Of a DNA stretch of 64,000 nucleotides, positions 39,101 through 49,222 are shown piece after piece. Origin of the DNA: Felis catus (lineage: Eukaryota). A model generated the notes under the pieces. It did no database searches. It was not told where the DNA came from and saw only the letters and a program-made list of their open reading frames with translations. The translations under genes were made by a program, and so were the position numbers. Numbering within the stretch: the first letter of the stretch is position 1; each line of letters begins with the position of its first letter. The stretch covers positions 127,536,001 to 127,600,000 of the forward strand of contig NC_058368.1 of the NCBI RefSeq assembly GCF_018350175.1. Reading direction: 5' to 3'.

Positions 39101-41175
39101 CAAGCCACACGTGTAAACAAATAAACTAAGATTCTACACCAAGAAAGAATTCTGCTCCTGCCCTTCTGTTAATTAACCACCACTCTGTAAAATCACTGAA
39201 CATCCATTGTTTTAGCTTCAGTATACATTCAGGGTAGAGTAATAAATGTGAATGTGACTCTTAGCCCAAAGGGAGGTTAATGCTGAAAGAACACAGGATA
39301 GAAAGTTAGGCAGACCTTGGCTCAAGTTCTACTTCAACTCACTTCATGGCTGCAGACCTGTGTGATCTTGGTTATATAACAATTTTTATGGGCCCCAGCC
39401 TCTGCATATGGAGAATACAGCTAATGATACTTCAATTCAATACTTGTTTGTTTTGAAAGGTTAGTATACATAAAGTACCTGGCATGTAGCTGGAGCTCAC
39501 ATTAGTGACAGCTAGTCATTAGTGACTATGTTATAATAAATCTCAGATTATAAGCTATGTTATGAACCTAAAGTTTTTATTCCAGAATGAAATCAGGTGA
39601 TTCTTCTCATACCAACTCAAGATCTCATTTTGACATAAGTACTTTCTATGAAACAGAGAGCTTTTATGTCCTAAAATTGAAGATGAAATTTTTTTTCTAT
39701 TTCATATGTACAGAAGAGACTGATATATTAAAAAGGTATATAATTGAAGATGCAATAAAAGAAAAAATTAATTAGAATTTTATTATTATCTATAGATTTC
39801 CATATTCCCTACCCAAAATCATGGCTTCTATATTGTGTCCTAGAGGGAATACCACCAACAATTTCATTTCTGAAGGCCCTGCAGCCTTTTATGAGTCACA
39901 GAATAATTAAAAAATTCTGTCCCTATTTCTACCCACGTGGCATCTATCTCACTCACTTATACCACCAAGTTGGAACTTGTTTCTAATTACTTATCTTAAA
40001 TATACTATAGTTTGTTATCACTTTGTAAATTTAATTAGTCAATTTTTGACTTGTAAATATCAAATGTCTTTATAACCATATGACTTATAAACAGAGAGTC
40101 TACAATTCAAAAAGGTTGAGTAACTAAGGTCAAATATAAGTGGCCAGAGAAGCTAGAAATACCCGTCTTCAACTATACTAAAGTGATCATAGTTTTAGAA
40201 ACATGATTTTTTCAGAAGCAAATCCACTTAAAAAAAAAACAGTGACATAATTTTGCTACACTGGTAATAATAAAACTTCTTCCTGAAACTGCTACTTGAA
40301 GAATAATTCTGGTAGCTTCCTAAGAAAAAAAAGTGCTGAAGCTCATTTAATTATTTAACCTCACAGGAGGAACTTATTATTTATAAGGATATGTATATAA
40401 AGAATAACCTTGAAAATTAAAACCATGATTTAAAAATAATTTTAATGAACTCTAAGATTAATTTTTTCTCTTCTTCTCCTTCAACATTTCTGCCAAGTTT
40501 CTAAGAAAGACTATGTTTTTTTTTTTCTTAGAAGTATTTTTACCATTAGTAGAAATGGCTTCAGCTGGTGTTGATACACTTCATGTCTTTTCTTTAACAT
40601 AAATGTCAAAGGTCACAGGAAGCACATATGTGTAATAAACCACCAGGTCATTTCAATTTTTTTTTCACTTTTCCTCAGCAACCTTTTGTCACCTTGTTAT
40701 CTTTTTAATTTCTTAAATACTGCAAGGCAATTGATAACTTCTTTAAGAGGAATATCTTCCTGGAGTCTTAGGGTTTTTAAGAAAGGCTAATTATACCTTT
40801 TAAAAGCTACAGACACCCTTAACTTGCAGTGCCCCCAAGATTTCCGCTGAAGACACAAAGCCAATTACACCAGGGACACAGCTAAAGACTCAGCCAACTG
40901 GCCCCACCCAACATGCCTGCAGTACTTCCTGTTGTGATCCCCAGATAATTTCCCCAGAAACTTCCTTCCCACCTCCTCGTATCACACAACACCCACAGTC
41001 CACCTCTGGAGTTCCTAGCTCCTGGGAGAACACCAGTAATGCCTGTCTCTTGGGTATCCTTACTGCAAGGGACAGAGAAAAGACAACCTTAAAGTTGCAT
41101 CGGCAAATGTAGGAGAACTCGGACAAAGGAGAGAGTTCTCAAATAGAATCACTAAATACTGGCTTTGAAAACCTA

Positions 41176-41222
<47 letters not shown>

Positions 41223-41532
41223 ACTACAAACTCTCTAAATAAATGGCTGGATTTCTGCTTTATAGATAATAAAGGGCTTCTTCTCCCTTCTGTAACTTGA
41301 AGAAAATTTATAATATATTTGTCTCTTAACAACCATAAAAACAAGCACAGTTGCTGAAGAAATTATGACTCAAGAGAGCAAATATTTACTTTTGAACATG
41401 CGCAATTTTATATCTAATGCCAGTGCTGGGTAAAGAGAAATTTATAGTAAACCAAAAATATGTCCAAAAGCACTTATCTAGCTCCCTAAAAATCTTCAAG
41501 ATTTCCTAAAAGTCTCCTGGAAGTTGCCTTTC

Positions 41533-41759
41533 TTTTTTTTTTTAATTTTTTTTTCAACGTTTTTATTTATTTTTGGGACAGAGAGAGACAGAGCATGAAC
41601 GGGGGAGGGGCAGAGAGAGAGGGAGACACAGAATTGGAAACAGGCTCCAGGCTCTGAGCCATCAGCCCAGAGCCCGATGCGGGGCTTGAACTCACGGACG
41701 GCAAGATCGTGACCTGGCTGAAGTCGGACGCTTAACCGACTGCGCCACCCAGGCACCCC
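41533..41759 (-). mobile_element. Young felid SINE (SINEC_Fc-type)
   Basis: TSD GGAAGTTGCCTTTC at 41519-41532 and 41762-41775. Confidence 0.96.
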
Positions 41760-42802
41760 AAGGAAGTTGCCTTTCAAATACACCTACAAAAGTTATTTTG
41801 TTGCTTAAGGTTGTTACTAACTGCTTCTTCTACCTTTGGGTGTTGTAATAAAAAACACACATGCATACACAGAAATTACAAAGAGAAGAAATTTGAATAT
41901 TACCTAGATGCTATCTTAACCAAAGAAATCCTAATTCGTAATTTCACTTACACACACTCTAGAACAATTTTCTTCATTCACAATGTAAATTAAAATGAAA
42001 ACCTGAAAAACAAAGATTTACCTGCCTGTTTGTTTTTCCTGAAATAAATTTACACTAGAAATTATGTTTTCTTCACCAGAGATCACACTGACCTTCGAGT
42101 TCCTGCTGACATCAGAGGGAATCCCCTACTGAGATAAAAGCAGAATGTCCTGTCTATAATCACTAGGCTACAAAGTACTAGATATTAAGTAAAAATGATA
42201 AAACAGAGTGGTAAAAAGCACATACACAAAGCATTCTAGTTTAACACACAGCACCAGACCAAAACAAAAACAAAAACAAAAACAAACCCGTTCAATAAAT
42301 ATTAGCTAGTGACGTAATTACGAATAAGAACTGAAGGAAAAGCGGAAATAAGATGTGCCATAGATTGTGAAGAAGCAGCAGATCATTTCCAGTTGGGGGA
42401 ACAGGAGGAAGCTCTGAGGAGCAGAGGGATGTGAAAAACAGGTGTAACGGGAGTAGGCAAAGAAGAGGCACTAAGTCCTATGGTTCATCTCCCCTTTAGT
42501 CAGAGTCATGAAAACAGTCATTTAGTCTCCTTTTCCACAGTCATGAAATTGACACACACCTATCATTCTTTTGAATTCTTGGTCTCTTTGCATATATTCT
42601 CTTTAGTCCAATCCATTCACAAACAAATGACAGGATAATCATCTAAAAATTAAATGTAATCCTAAAGATCCAGGAAGATCAAGGCTGGAATAATGGGCAT
42701 ATAGTGCCTAATAAGGAAAGTATTTGCTTATAATGATACTCAACATCTTTCCCTGTACAACACATTCTAATCTACACATAACTGTACTTAATAAAATCAC
42801 AA

Positions 42803-42869
42803 CAGAGCCTGCTTCAAATTTTGTGTCTCCCTCTCTCTTGAAAATAAACATTAAATTAAAAAAATAATA
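42803..42869 (+). mobile_element. Very short truncated CanSINE with TSD
   Basis: CAGAGCCTGCTTCAAATTTTGTGTCTCCCTCTCTCTTG plus tail; flanked by AATAAAATCACAA / AATAAAACCACAA. Confidence 0.8.
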
Positions 42870-43589
42870 AATAAAACCACAATACCAAATAGATACTATT
42901 ACTATTACCAGAAAATTGGGTAATAGGGAAATTGAAGCATATGTCAAGTAACTTGTTCAAAATCATGCAACTAGTAAATGGGAAGTCAGAATTTAAATTC
43001 AAGTAGTCTGGCTTCTGCTTAGGTGCTCTCCATAGGAGTCACATAGCACCTGAAGTATTGTGTCAACTCAGAAGGCTACTTGTGAAAATCCAAATGAATT
43101 CTGGATAAGAATAACCAGGCTCAACCTGATAAATACAGCGCAAAAAGGTGAAATAGCTTAGGATGTTTAGTTAAGAAAAGAGAAGAATTTGTTTAAGAAA
43201 ACAAGACAGGCTAACACTGAAAATACTGATTTCTGGGTATACAAGGAAGAGCTGAACAAGGTCCTAGGTCTCTAGTAGGTCATTCCAAGCCTCTTATCTT
43301 AAGGGATACATTATGGAAGAGAAGAGAGAGTCAAGCTGGGGGATTTTCAAAGCAGATTCTGGACCCAAGCATGACAATTACAGGGAAGGAATTTTCAGCT
43401 GTTTATCACCAAGAACTTCCCAATCAACAGACTTGACAAAAAACAGAATTTCTCCGTATGACTCTCATCCAGGAAGTGTGAAGAGATGTTAAAGGACTGG
43501 TCATCATAGATACTATTCCATGAATTCAACTATGGTATAAAAGGTAAAGGGTAAAGCCATAATGTTCTGTGATTGAGACAGGCTAGCTG

Positions 43590-43945
43590 TTCACCGGGTC
43601 TGTTTCACCTTATTCCTGGAAACAGAGCTGAGATAGATTTCCCATTCTCCTTTGCAGTTACATGTGGTCATTGAGCTGAGTTCTAACCAAGGAACATTAG
43701 TATAAGTGGCATGTGTACTTCTAGGCCTGCCTCATAAAAACTGACACATGCCATCTTCCGTCCTCTTTTCCCCCTGATTCCACTGATAACCTTACAAATC
43801 ATGTGTCACAAATAGTGCAACTGCAAGGTGGTAGGATTTCAAGACCCTGAAATGCCCCAGGGTTAGCATCCCTCCCCACAGAAGCAGGAGCAGAAATAAC
43901 CATTTATAGTGTCAATCCACTAAGATTTGGAGAATATGTTGTAGA
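43590..43945. mobile_element. MaLR LTR fragment (MLT1-like, old)
   Basis: ATTTCCCATTCTCCTTTGCAGTTACATGTGGTCATTGAGCTGAGTTCTAACCAA...CTTCTAGGCCTG...CCACTAAGATTTGGAG. Confidence 0.65.
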
Positions 43946-44258
43946 ACATGATTACCTTAACTAAAACAGAGGCCATCCAATTGGATTTATTTTTTCAACT
44001 AGAGTGCAAATTACTTGAAACAAAGGAATAGCTCTTATGCAGTTTTTTCATCAGCACATACAAATTAAACACTTCAGGTTCAGTAGGAATTAAAATTAAA
44101 AATATTGTAAGGACGGGAATAACAGGCACAGTAACCAACATTCTTAGGTGAACCCATAATGTGTGTATTTAAGTAGCTGATCAGCTCATTTAGGAGGAGC
44201 AGAGGATTAGAGTGTGGTGGTGATAGGAGCAGTTTAGGTAGCAAAAAATGTGTGTGTG

Positions 44259-44307
<49 letters not shown>

Positions 44308-44402
44308 ACAGTTTGAAATCATTTTTTTAAATTCTGCATTGTGCTTAGTCCAATTTATGAAAGCACAGGTGGATGACATTCGTTAGAAGATGTCTGTGGA
44401 TA

Positions 44403-44611
44403 GGGCGCCTGGGTGGCGCAGTCGGTTAAGCGTCCGACTTCAGCCAGGTCAAGATCTCGCCCTCTGTGAGTTCGAGCCCCGCGTCAGGCTCTGGGCTGAT
44501 GGCTCAGAGCCTGGAGCCTGTTTCCGATTCTGTGTCTCCCTCTCTCTCTGCCCCTCCACCGTTCATGCTCTGTCTCTCTCTGTCCCAAAAATAAATAAAC
44601 GTTGAAAAAAA
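44403..44611 (+). mobile_element. Young felid SINE (SINEC_Fc-type)
   Basis: Perfect 16-bp TSD AAGATGTCTGTGGATA at 44387-44402 and 44612-44627. Confidence 0.97.
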
Positions 44612-46210
44612 AAGATGTCTGTGGATATTACGAAAGTCTTGGGGATCACTGAACCAACATGGAGGATGTGAGGTGTTCTTTCCAACTCCCTTACTGGATG
44701 CTTTTAGTCCACAAGAGATACTGTTTTCTCCTGAGTTACTGAGAAGTGACAGTACGCTTTTTATTTTGCATTTTCATTGCTCTTTTGATGCCTCCATGCT
44801 CTGACTGAGACCTGATATACCAAAATGAAATATTGGCAGAAAGTTGTGCTCTTGGAGTTTCCCCAAACAGCACCAGAAAAGGAAGTGCCAGAAATTTCAG
44901 AAGAAAGCCTGTTTTCATGAGATTTCCTGCCTTCCTTACATCTCAACATGTCTAAAGAGCTCAGATAACCTTCAGATGAACTCTAGGTTGCTTCACTCAG
45001 TAGGAAATCAAGCTGAGCTGAGGCTTACTCATTCAACAATGGGTACAATTTAGGAACTATAATTTTAAGAAAGTATCTCAACCAAAAGCGACACTGGATA
45101 CCAAAATCCTGGGCCTCACCCTTTATGAACGGGAGCCCGCCTTCCTGTTCTGGCACCCTGCTCCGGCCTCTCTACAAATTCAAGCAGCTTTGCTGCTCTA
45201 GTCTCAAGCAATTTCTCTGTCTCAGAGCATCTCCCAGTGCGTAGCTATGTCCTCCACTCACCACTTATCTCTGACAATTTTTTTTCAACATCTTATTCAG
45301 AGAAAAGTCATTTTTCCATAATTTCTTTTTCAAGATTAAAAAATATAGTTTTTCTTACCCCTCTTATTAGCACTGTATCTGATTGAACTTAGAAATGCCA
45401 TCTGTTAAAATCCTAGAGGAAACAAGAACACTTCTCCAGTGAGAGACCTAGCTATTTGAAATCAAAATTCTGAGGTTGGACAAATCTTTGGGCAGGATAT
45501 GTATTTCCATTATCATCTACTTCCATCTATGATATTAATGGGGCAGGGCCATGTTGCTAGTTTAGATTTTCATTCTCTCTACCTCTCACTGCTCCTTTCC
45601 TAGAAGTCTTGCTTGTGGGTTTTGTTTGATTTGGGTTTCCATTCCTGGCATGCTCTTTGGTGTGCTATGGAAAAACTGTATAAAAATCATTCCGTTTCTC
45701 AACTAACAGGTTCATTTTTCTTGTTATAGCTATTTTCTTTATCACAACTAATATTCATTTTACCAAAATGTTCAGGGAGTGTACAGAACCTACTACTACC
45801 TAAAATAAGCCAAGTGTGCATCACAGACAACCCCCTACTCTAATCATAGCTAAGGATTGCCTCTTCTCGGGTAAAACGCCATAATAAGCTTACACAGTGG
45901 TATATTTTAATATTTGGTTTTACAACAGCAGGAAAATATCAAGAATCATCGAAAAGACTAGAAGAAAAATATGCATAAAACAAACCCACCCATTTATAAA
46001 GAAGATTACAATATTCATGAAGAAAATAAAAATATTGACAAAACATTCAAAGAATCCAAATTCAAAGAACACAACAATATATACCAAGTAGCAACCTGCA
46101 ATTTTCTGCCCAGAATTCCTAAACCCTTTCTTCTTTCCTTTGGCAAGACACGTTTGAGATTGTAAGTACATTAAAGTCAGTAGCAAAGGATGAGTTTTAG
46201 GGGACACACC

Positions 46211-46212
<2 letters not shown>

Positions 46213-46253
<41 letters not shown>

Positions 46254-46473
46254 CACATATATATGTATATGTATATATGTGTGTATACATACATATATAC
46301 ATGTGTGTATATGTATACATACATATACATATATGTGTGTGTATATATATATATGTGTGTGTATATATATGTGTGTGTGTATATATATATATGTGTGTGT
46401 GTATATATATATATGTGTGTGTGTGTATATATATGTGTGTGTGTGTATATATGTGTGTGTGTGTATATATATA

Positions 46474-46532
<59 letters not shown>
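46213..46532. repeat. Large compound (CA)n / (TA)m(TG)n microsatellite
   Basis: (CA)n block, then strictly alternating purine-pyrimidine sequence from 46252 to 46532. Confidence 0.95.
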
Positions 46533-46534
<2 letters not shown>

Positions 46535-46961
46535 CACTGGGGATTATGCAGAAAGGAGAGCTAACTATGATTTTCCTCCTCTCCTTTCTGGTCCTTTCTT
46601 TCCTAGGTTTGTTGCAGGACCTGGCAGGGATATTAGCTTACGAAATCAAAGAAACGCCACCACATCCGTATGGGAGTAAAACTGCATTCTTATTTGACAT
46701 CTGGAATCCAATTTTCTTGTAGGAACTTGCAATAGGAATTGAACTTCCAGAACCACCCACCTCAAAGATTCCCAGTCTCAAGGATTCCTGCCTTAACTGG
46801 GACAGCTGTGGGATTTGTTGGTAAGGTAGAGTGCTTCTGATAAATCCCAGGTGAGGAACGATGAGAGTTCTCCCTCACCACCCCCTGAAGAGAAAGGCGG
46901 GAGGTGCAAAAATCACCCAGGGGGAACCGCCACCAATTCCGGTCATCCGTGCAAACCTTAC

Positions 46962-47227
46962 CACGTATGTGCCACCGTGAAACGCCGCTGTTTGGGGATG
47001 TTGCTACTGAGAAGCATCCTCCGCAGAAGCCTGGGGGAATTTCTCGGAGAGATCACTGGAGAGACCTTGGGAGAAACGGATTTCCTTGCTGTCTTGGACT
47101 TCTCGTGCTGCAACAGGTTTTCGCGCAAGGATTTCACAAGATCCTCGTTCAGCCAGGGGTTTGGACAATGCGGATTATCCACTTCAGGTACTGTTAAGGT
47201 GTCCGGGCTTGTCGTCTGCTGAGCCAT
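46962..47227 (-). CDS. PDE4D: cAMP-specific phosphodiesterase 4D, isoform PDE4D5-specific first coding exon (unique N-terminal region)
   Basis: Translates to MAQQTTSPDTLTVPEVDNPHCPNPWLNEDLVKSLRENLLQHEKSKTARKSVSPKVSPVISPRNSPRLLRRMLLSSNIPKQRRFTVAHT, recognisable as the PDE4D5 N-terminus (NPWLN RACK1-binding motif). ATG at 47227, with an in-frame TGA upstream at 47308-47306. 88 codons plus TG, then donor GTAAGG at 46961-46956. Phase 2 fits splicing to the shared C-FDVDNG exon, which lies outside the window. Confidence 0.97.
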
Positions 47228-47660
47228 TTTCCCGGTCAAGTTTGTACAGTTGGCAACAATCCAGGGCAACGTGGTTCCCTGGCCTCTTTCCAGTGACTGC
47301 CTCGCTCACAAGTCCGGGGAAATGTCCAGGGAAGCAGACTGGATCCAGCTGCTGTTAGATCATTCGGTCGCCTGCCTCAGTCTCTCCGTGGAGATGGGGC
47401 TGGGTGTAGAGGAGGCGAGCGCACTCCTCAGCGGAAGCCTGTTAAACGTCACCCCTCCTCTGCGGATCCCCTGCCAAAGATCACTGACGAGCTCGCCGGG
47501 CAGGGGAACATGGAGGGAAGCCACTGCGTTAGCACGGCTTTGTCAGCGCTACAAAGCAGCCTGTTAAACTATTGGAACTAATGCGCCGCAGCTGCTCCAG
47601 TGACTTCTGCTTATGTACATAAAAAGTCCTGGGGGGAGGGCTTAACCATCAGATGCCTGC
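47228..47660 (-). promoter_or_regulatory. PDE4D: PDE4D5 5'UTR and proximal promoter, CpG-rich
   Basis: GC and CpG content sharply elevated from about 46850 to 47600 against a CpG-depleted background. CRE-like TGACGTTT (minus, 47451-47444), TGACG 47485-47489, ETS-like CGGAAG 47432-47437, CCAAT (minus, 47575-47571), E-box CAGCTG 47589-47594. TSS not determinable from sequence. Confidence 0.8.
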
Positions 47661-49029
47661 TGCTCGGTTGTTTGGCTAGTCTTTCCATTTGCTTATTCCT
47701 GAATCCAAAGGAAAGAAAAACTTTGAACTTGACCTTCCTCTCCCGCAAGGGCTATTTATCTGCCTTCAGCCCATGTTCGTAAAAGAAAATTGCTAGTCCT
47801 TTGCTTTTTATAAGGGAAGAATAAACAAGCACTAGCTAGATAAGGAGGAATATTTCTCTGCTTGCTAAATACAATCTGGTGCACCTTAGAAGACAAATCC
47901 CAAGGGAATAAAATGGACTCTTTCTCCAATTAGAAACTAAAACAAAAGGTTTCAAAATACCACATACGGAGCACATTTCAGCTTGCTGTTGTGTTGTACA
48001 ACCTTGCTAATTGTGGCCCTTTCAAAGCATGGAACAACAGTATTTACATCCAAGAATGGTATTTGTTGTCTCTTTGGATTTAAACTGATGACCTTCCAGA
48101 GGGACACATTGTTTTCATAAGAGTAGCTAAAACTGATTTTCAAGTTTCCATCATTACTTATGGTATACAAAAATTTACGTAGTCAACTACATAGGAATAA
48201 AATAAATCTAGCTTTACCTAGTTATTTCCTTAATTTTCTTTCAGTCTAAGATTTTCTTTTGTGATCAACATAGCTTCAACAAACTTACTCAAAGAAGGTT
48301 TAAAATTAAGAAAGAAGAAGAAATTATTTCTTGCCTATTTAATTTGTTACTGGAAAAAAAAATGTTACCACAATTCAAGAAAGTAACCAAGTAATAAAGC
48401 CTGTTAAATCCCATTATATGGACATTGGAAGTGCAAATATTAAACTGGATTGGCAGGGAACCCAAACCTCTGCATAGAGATGTGCCAGTAGTCTAGCAAT
48501 GCTACAGACAGTTCAGGATTCAAAGCAAATCACTTTTCTCAGGACCTAAGAATATTTTTTCCTATTTTAAAAACACAATGATTTAAGAAGGAGTTAGGAA
48601 ATACATCCAGATAAAATGGAGAATGGAGAACTTACTTAATTGTTTTTGTTTGGTTTTTGATTTTTGGTTTCTATGATTACTAATAGGTCAATTTTTAAAG
48701 TTTCTCCTACCTTCCCTCCCTAGTTATTCCATCTTAAATTTAAATTCCTTGCCTTTAAAATGTTACAGGAAAGGATACTCAGGTTCTGTTTACAGAAACA
48801 CAGGGCCACCACCTGGTATACCTATAACAATTTAATGAGCCATACATTCGTTCCATGACTTAATAAGAAAATCTGTATGCAAATATCAAATTTTTTAAAA
48901 TCAGGGTATGATTTTTCTTAAAGAATTTTCACCAGTACTAAAGATTTCATCTCTACTCAAATGGCAGACTGGTGGCATGCTTCCTTAGTTTAAACAAACT
49001 AAAGATTTCCATTTCTCCATATCTTTCAG

Positions 49030-49161
49030 CACTATATATACATATATGTATATATGTATCAATATGTATGTGTATATATATAATAAGATACTATATAATA
49101 TGCATGGCATATATATTATATGGTATATGTAAGTGGTATATATATATATAATATACATATT

Positions 49162-49220
<59 letters not shown>
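49030..49220. repeat. (TA)n-rich microsatellite
   Basis: Seen directly. Other simple repeats: (CA)n at 38026-38052, (TG)n at 41179-41219, (TA)n at 44259-44303 and 52934-52970. Confidence 0.9.

Positions 49221-49222
<2 letters not shown>

Larger units (their letters stand above)
1..46961 (-). other. PDE4D: PDE4D intron downstream of the PDE4D5 first exon (continues beyond the window start)
   Basis: Begins at the GT donor at 46961. No other PDE4D exon (PDE4D3/8/9 first exons or UCR1) recognised; content is repeats and AT-rich unique DNA. Confidence 0.85.

Noticed and set aside
45920..46722. Long ORFs of 124-205 aa rich in YI/TH/CV repeats
   Set aside because: They are open only because the dinucleotide microsatellite lacks stop codons.
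1..46900. miR-582 hairpin, which I recall lying in a PDE4D intron downstream of the PDE4D5 exon in human
   Set aside because: I did not find TTACAGTTGTTCAACCAGTTACT or its complement by eye. It probably lies beyond the window start; a BLAST of the precursor would settle it.
46962..47227. Paralogous PDE4B3 first exon, which also ends SPRNSP...RRFTVAHTC
   Set aside because: The MAQQT...NPWLNEDLVKSLRENLL N-terminus is specific to PDE4D5.
46958..47269. The 103-aa ORF as a complete single-exon gene starting MPWIVANC
   Set aside because: The listed start is TTG; the recognisable protein starts at ATG 47227, and the terminal W-stop comes from reading through the splice donor.
46851..47567. Plus-strand ORFs of 90-123 aa overlapping the PDE4D5 exon and promoter
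   Set aside because: Expected shadow ORFs in GC-rich sequence antisense to a real exon; no recognisable protein.
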